A DNA stretch of 64,000 nt from an uncultured Actinomycetes bacterium (lineage in GTDB: Bacteria; SZUA-79; Acidulodesulfobacterales; Acidulodesulfobacteraceae): NCBI GenBank assembly GCA_964631685.1, contig CAZVZU010000001.1, forward strand, positions 128,001 to 192,000. The letters run 5' to 3'. The notes below the pieces were generated by a model, which ran no database searches, had not been told where the DNA came from, and saw nothing but the letters and a program-made list of their open reading frames with translations. Each line of letters starts with the position of its first letter. Position 1 is the stretch's first letter. Of this stretch, positions 62,170-64,000 are shown in pieces. Made by a program: the position numbers and the translations under genes.

Positions 62170-62637
62170 GTGCCAGAGTTTCAATCTAATGCGCCCGAAG
62201 AGACCGAGATGATAGCTAGAAAATTTGCAAAGAATTTAAAGCCGTTCGATTTTGTATCCTTAACTGGACACCTAGGCGCGGGTAAGACAAAATTTACATC
62301 TGGCATTGTGAATTTTTTTTGCACAGGTATACATGGAAAGGATTATATTTTAAGTCCGACTTACGCTATCATGAACAGTTATGATTGCAGCGTCACAGTC
62401 AACCATTTTGATTTTTATCGGTTAAAGGGATATCGCGAATTAGAAGATTGCGGATTTTTTGATTCTCTTTCAAATAGTGCAATAACTGTGGCCGAATGGA
62501 CAAATAATATTGCTGTAAACTATGAAAAATATGTAGAAGGAGATTATTATAAGGTGAATATTGAGATAAAATATAACGACGTAAATAGATATATAAAAAT
62601 AGAGAAAGTTTTAAACACAAAATGCATAAAAGGATAA
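62170..62637 (+). CDS. tsaE: t6A biosynthesis ATPase TsaE
   Basis: GHLGAGKT, SPTY, HFDFYRL, EW. Confidence 0.94.
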   Translation: MPEFQSNAPEETEMIARKFAKNLKPFDFVSLTGHLGAGKTKFTSGIVNFFCTGIHGKDYILSPTYAIMNSYDCSVTVNHFDFYRLKGYRELEDCGFFDSLSNSAITVAEWTNNIAVNYEKYVEGDYYKVNIEIKYNDVNRYIKIEKVLNTKCIKG

Positions 62638-62668
62638 AAAAATAAATTTCATATTGGGGAGGGAATTA

Positions 62669-64000
62669 TTGTTGGATAATTTTGATGTTTGTGTTATAGG
62701 CGGCGGACCGGCTGGATACGTAAGCGCTTTAAAATCTGCAATCAACGGGCTATCTGTCGCTATTATAGAAAAAGAAAATTTTGGAGGAACATGTCTTAAT
62801 AAAGGCTGCATTCCGACTAAGACAATATATTCCAAGGCAAAATATTTAAGCAAACTCAAGAAACCAGAATATGGATTTAAGATAAGCGGGTACAGCGTTG
62901 ACTATAATGACGTTATAGATTATAAGGAAAGGGTAGTTTCTACGTTAACAGGGGGTGTTGAGAAGCTCTTAAGGGCAAGAAAAGTTAGTATTTTTAACGG
63001 CACGGGAAGAATTAATGGTAATAATAATATCGGTTTTGTTTTAACCATAACCGATGGCTCCGGGTTTAAAACTGATATATCGGCAAAAAATGTAGTTGTA
63101 TCTACCGGTTCATCGCCGTTAATGATACCTTCTTTTAATATAGACCATAAAAACATAATGACATCAGATGAAATCCTTGAATTAAGGGAGGTGCCGAAAT
63201 TTTTAATTATCATAGGGGCTGGGGTCATAGGTTGCGAATTTGCTAATATTTTTAGCGAATTTGGCGCAGATATAAAAATGATAGAACTTTTGCCTTCCAT
63301 ACTATCTATTGAAGATAGAGATATTTCTAAATTTGTCCAAAAAAACTTCAAATCCCGCAACATAGATATTATGACATCTGTCGAGGTTGAAAGCATTAAA
63401 CCGCTTGAAGAAGGTGGGGCTACGGTTTCATTAAAAACCGGTGAAAAATTTACTGCAGATAAAATATTGGTGTCAATTGGTAGAAAACTAAATACAGGCG
63501 GGTTAGGATTGGAAGAGATAGGCATTAAAATGGATGGAAGAGGAAAGATAGATGTGGATAGCTATAATAAGACTAATATAAAGGGTATATACGCATGCGG
63601 AGATATAGTAGACGGACCGATGCTTGCACATAAGGCATCTTATGACGGCATTATAGCGGCAGATAATATAGCCGGTATTGTTAAAGAAAAAGATTATTCG
63701 GTATTACCGTGGTCTATATATACTAACCCACCTATTGGAACGGTTGGATTGAAAGAAGGGGATAACGGATTAAAAGATATCGATTATAGTGTCGGTCGTT
63801 TTTCATATGCGGCAAATGGAATGGCGTTAGCCATGGAAGAAAACGATGGATTCTTAAAGGTTCTTGTCGAGAATAAGTCAAAAAAAATTCTTGGGGCGAC
63901 GGGAATAGGGCCGGATACTCCGGAATTAATAGCAGAAATTGCATCATACATGCATTTTAATGGAACCATTTTCGACATAGAATCAACAATTCACTCTCAC
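62669..64000 (+). CDS. lpdA: Dihydrolipoamide dehydrogenase (partial, runs off window; absent from ORF track)
   Basis: TTG start after GGAGG; FDVCVIGGGPAGY, GGTCLNKGCIPTK, IGAGVIGCE, GPMLAHKA, window ends at IHSH. Confidence 0.92.
   Translation, partial: MLDNFDVCVIGGGPAGYVSALKSAINGLSVAIIEKENFGGTCLNKGCIPTKTIYSKAKYLSKLKKPEYGFKISGYSVDYNDVIDYKERVVSTLTGGVEKLLRARKVSIFNGTGRINGNNNIGFVLTITDGSGFKTDISAKNVVVSTGSSPLMIPSFNIDHKNIMTSDEILELREVPKFLIIIGAGVIGCEFANIFSEFGADIKMIELLPSILSIEDRDISKFVQKNFKSRNIDIMTSVEVESIKPLEEGGATVSLKTGEKFTADKILVSIGRKLNTGGLGLEEIGIKMDGRGKIDVDSYNKTNIKGIYACGDIVDGPMLAHKASYDGIIAADNIAGIVKEKDYSVLPWSIYTNPPIGTVGLKEGDNGLKDIDYSVGRFSYAANGMALAMEENDGFLKVLVENKSKKILGATGIGPDTPELIAEIASYMHFNGTIFDIESTIHSH

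Noticed and set aside
62611..63978. Minus-strand ORFs 62611..62859, 62920..63525, 63732..63947, 63784..63978
   Set aside because: Antisense shadows of lpdA; the other short ORFs nested in or antisense to well-supported genes were dismissed the same way

Overview
AT-rich chromosomal window from a diderm bacterium (TamB/Omp85, RND pump, PilB/PilC). The tilS-ftsH-folP-cdaA-cdaR-glmM-pdxJ-acpS-nnr-CBS-tsaE block suggests a deltaproteobacteria-like lineage, possibly Ca. Acidulodesulfobacterales (inference, not verified). Housekeeping content: tRNA-Gly, Kup, a molybdopterin oxidoreductase, a PhoB-like regulator, cobalamin genes cbiD/ET/L/F/G/H, trehalose otsAB, an MCP and a partial lpdA. The accessory segment after tRNA-Asn (about 21.8-31 kb) holds a type III-A CRISPR module. 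Its cas10 lacks the HD domain, csm2-5 look intact, its only CARF-HEPN effector is a heavily decayed pseudogene, and no array, cas6 or cas1/2 is visible. It is followed by radC and a two-gene unit encoding a secreted Gln/Asn/Met-repeat protein and a COG4313-like barrel. At 45-50.5 kb lies a lipoate-assembly cluster (two LbpA-like carriers, LipS1, a ligase with a Cys-rich extra domain, LipS2). Also noted: a promoter- and terminator-bounded sRNA candidate upstream of tRNA-Asn, and a cbiL that lacks a canonical start codon.
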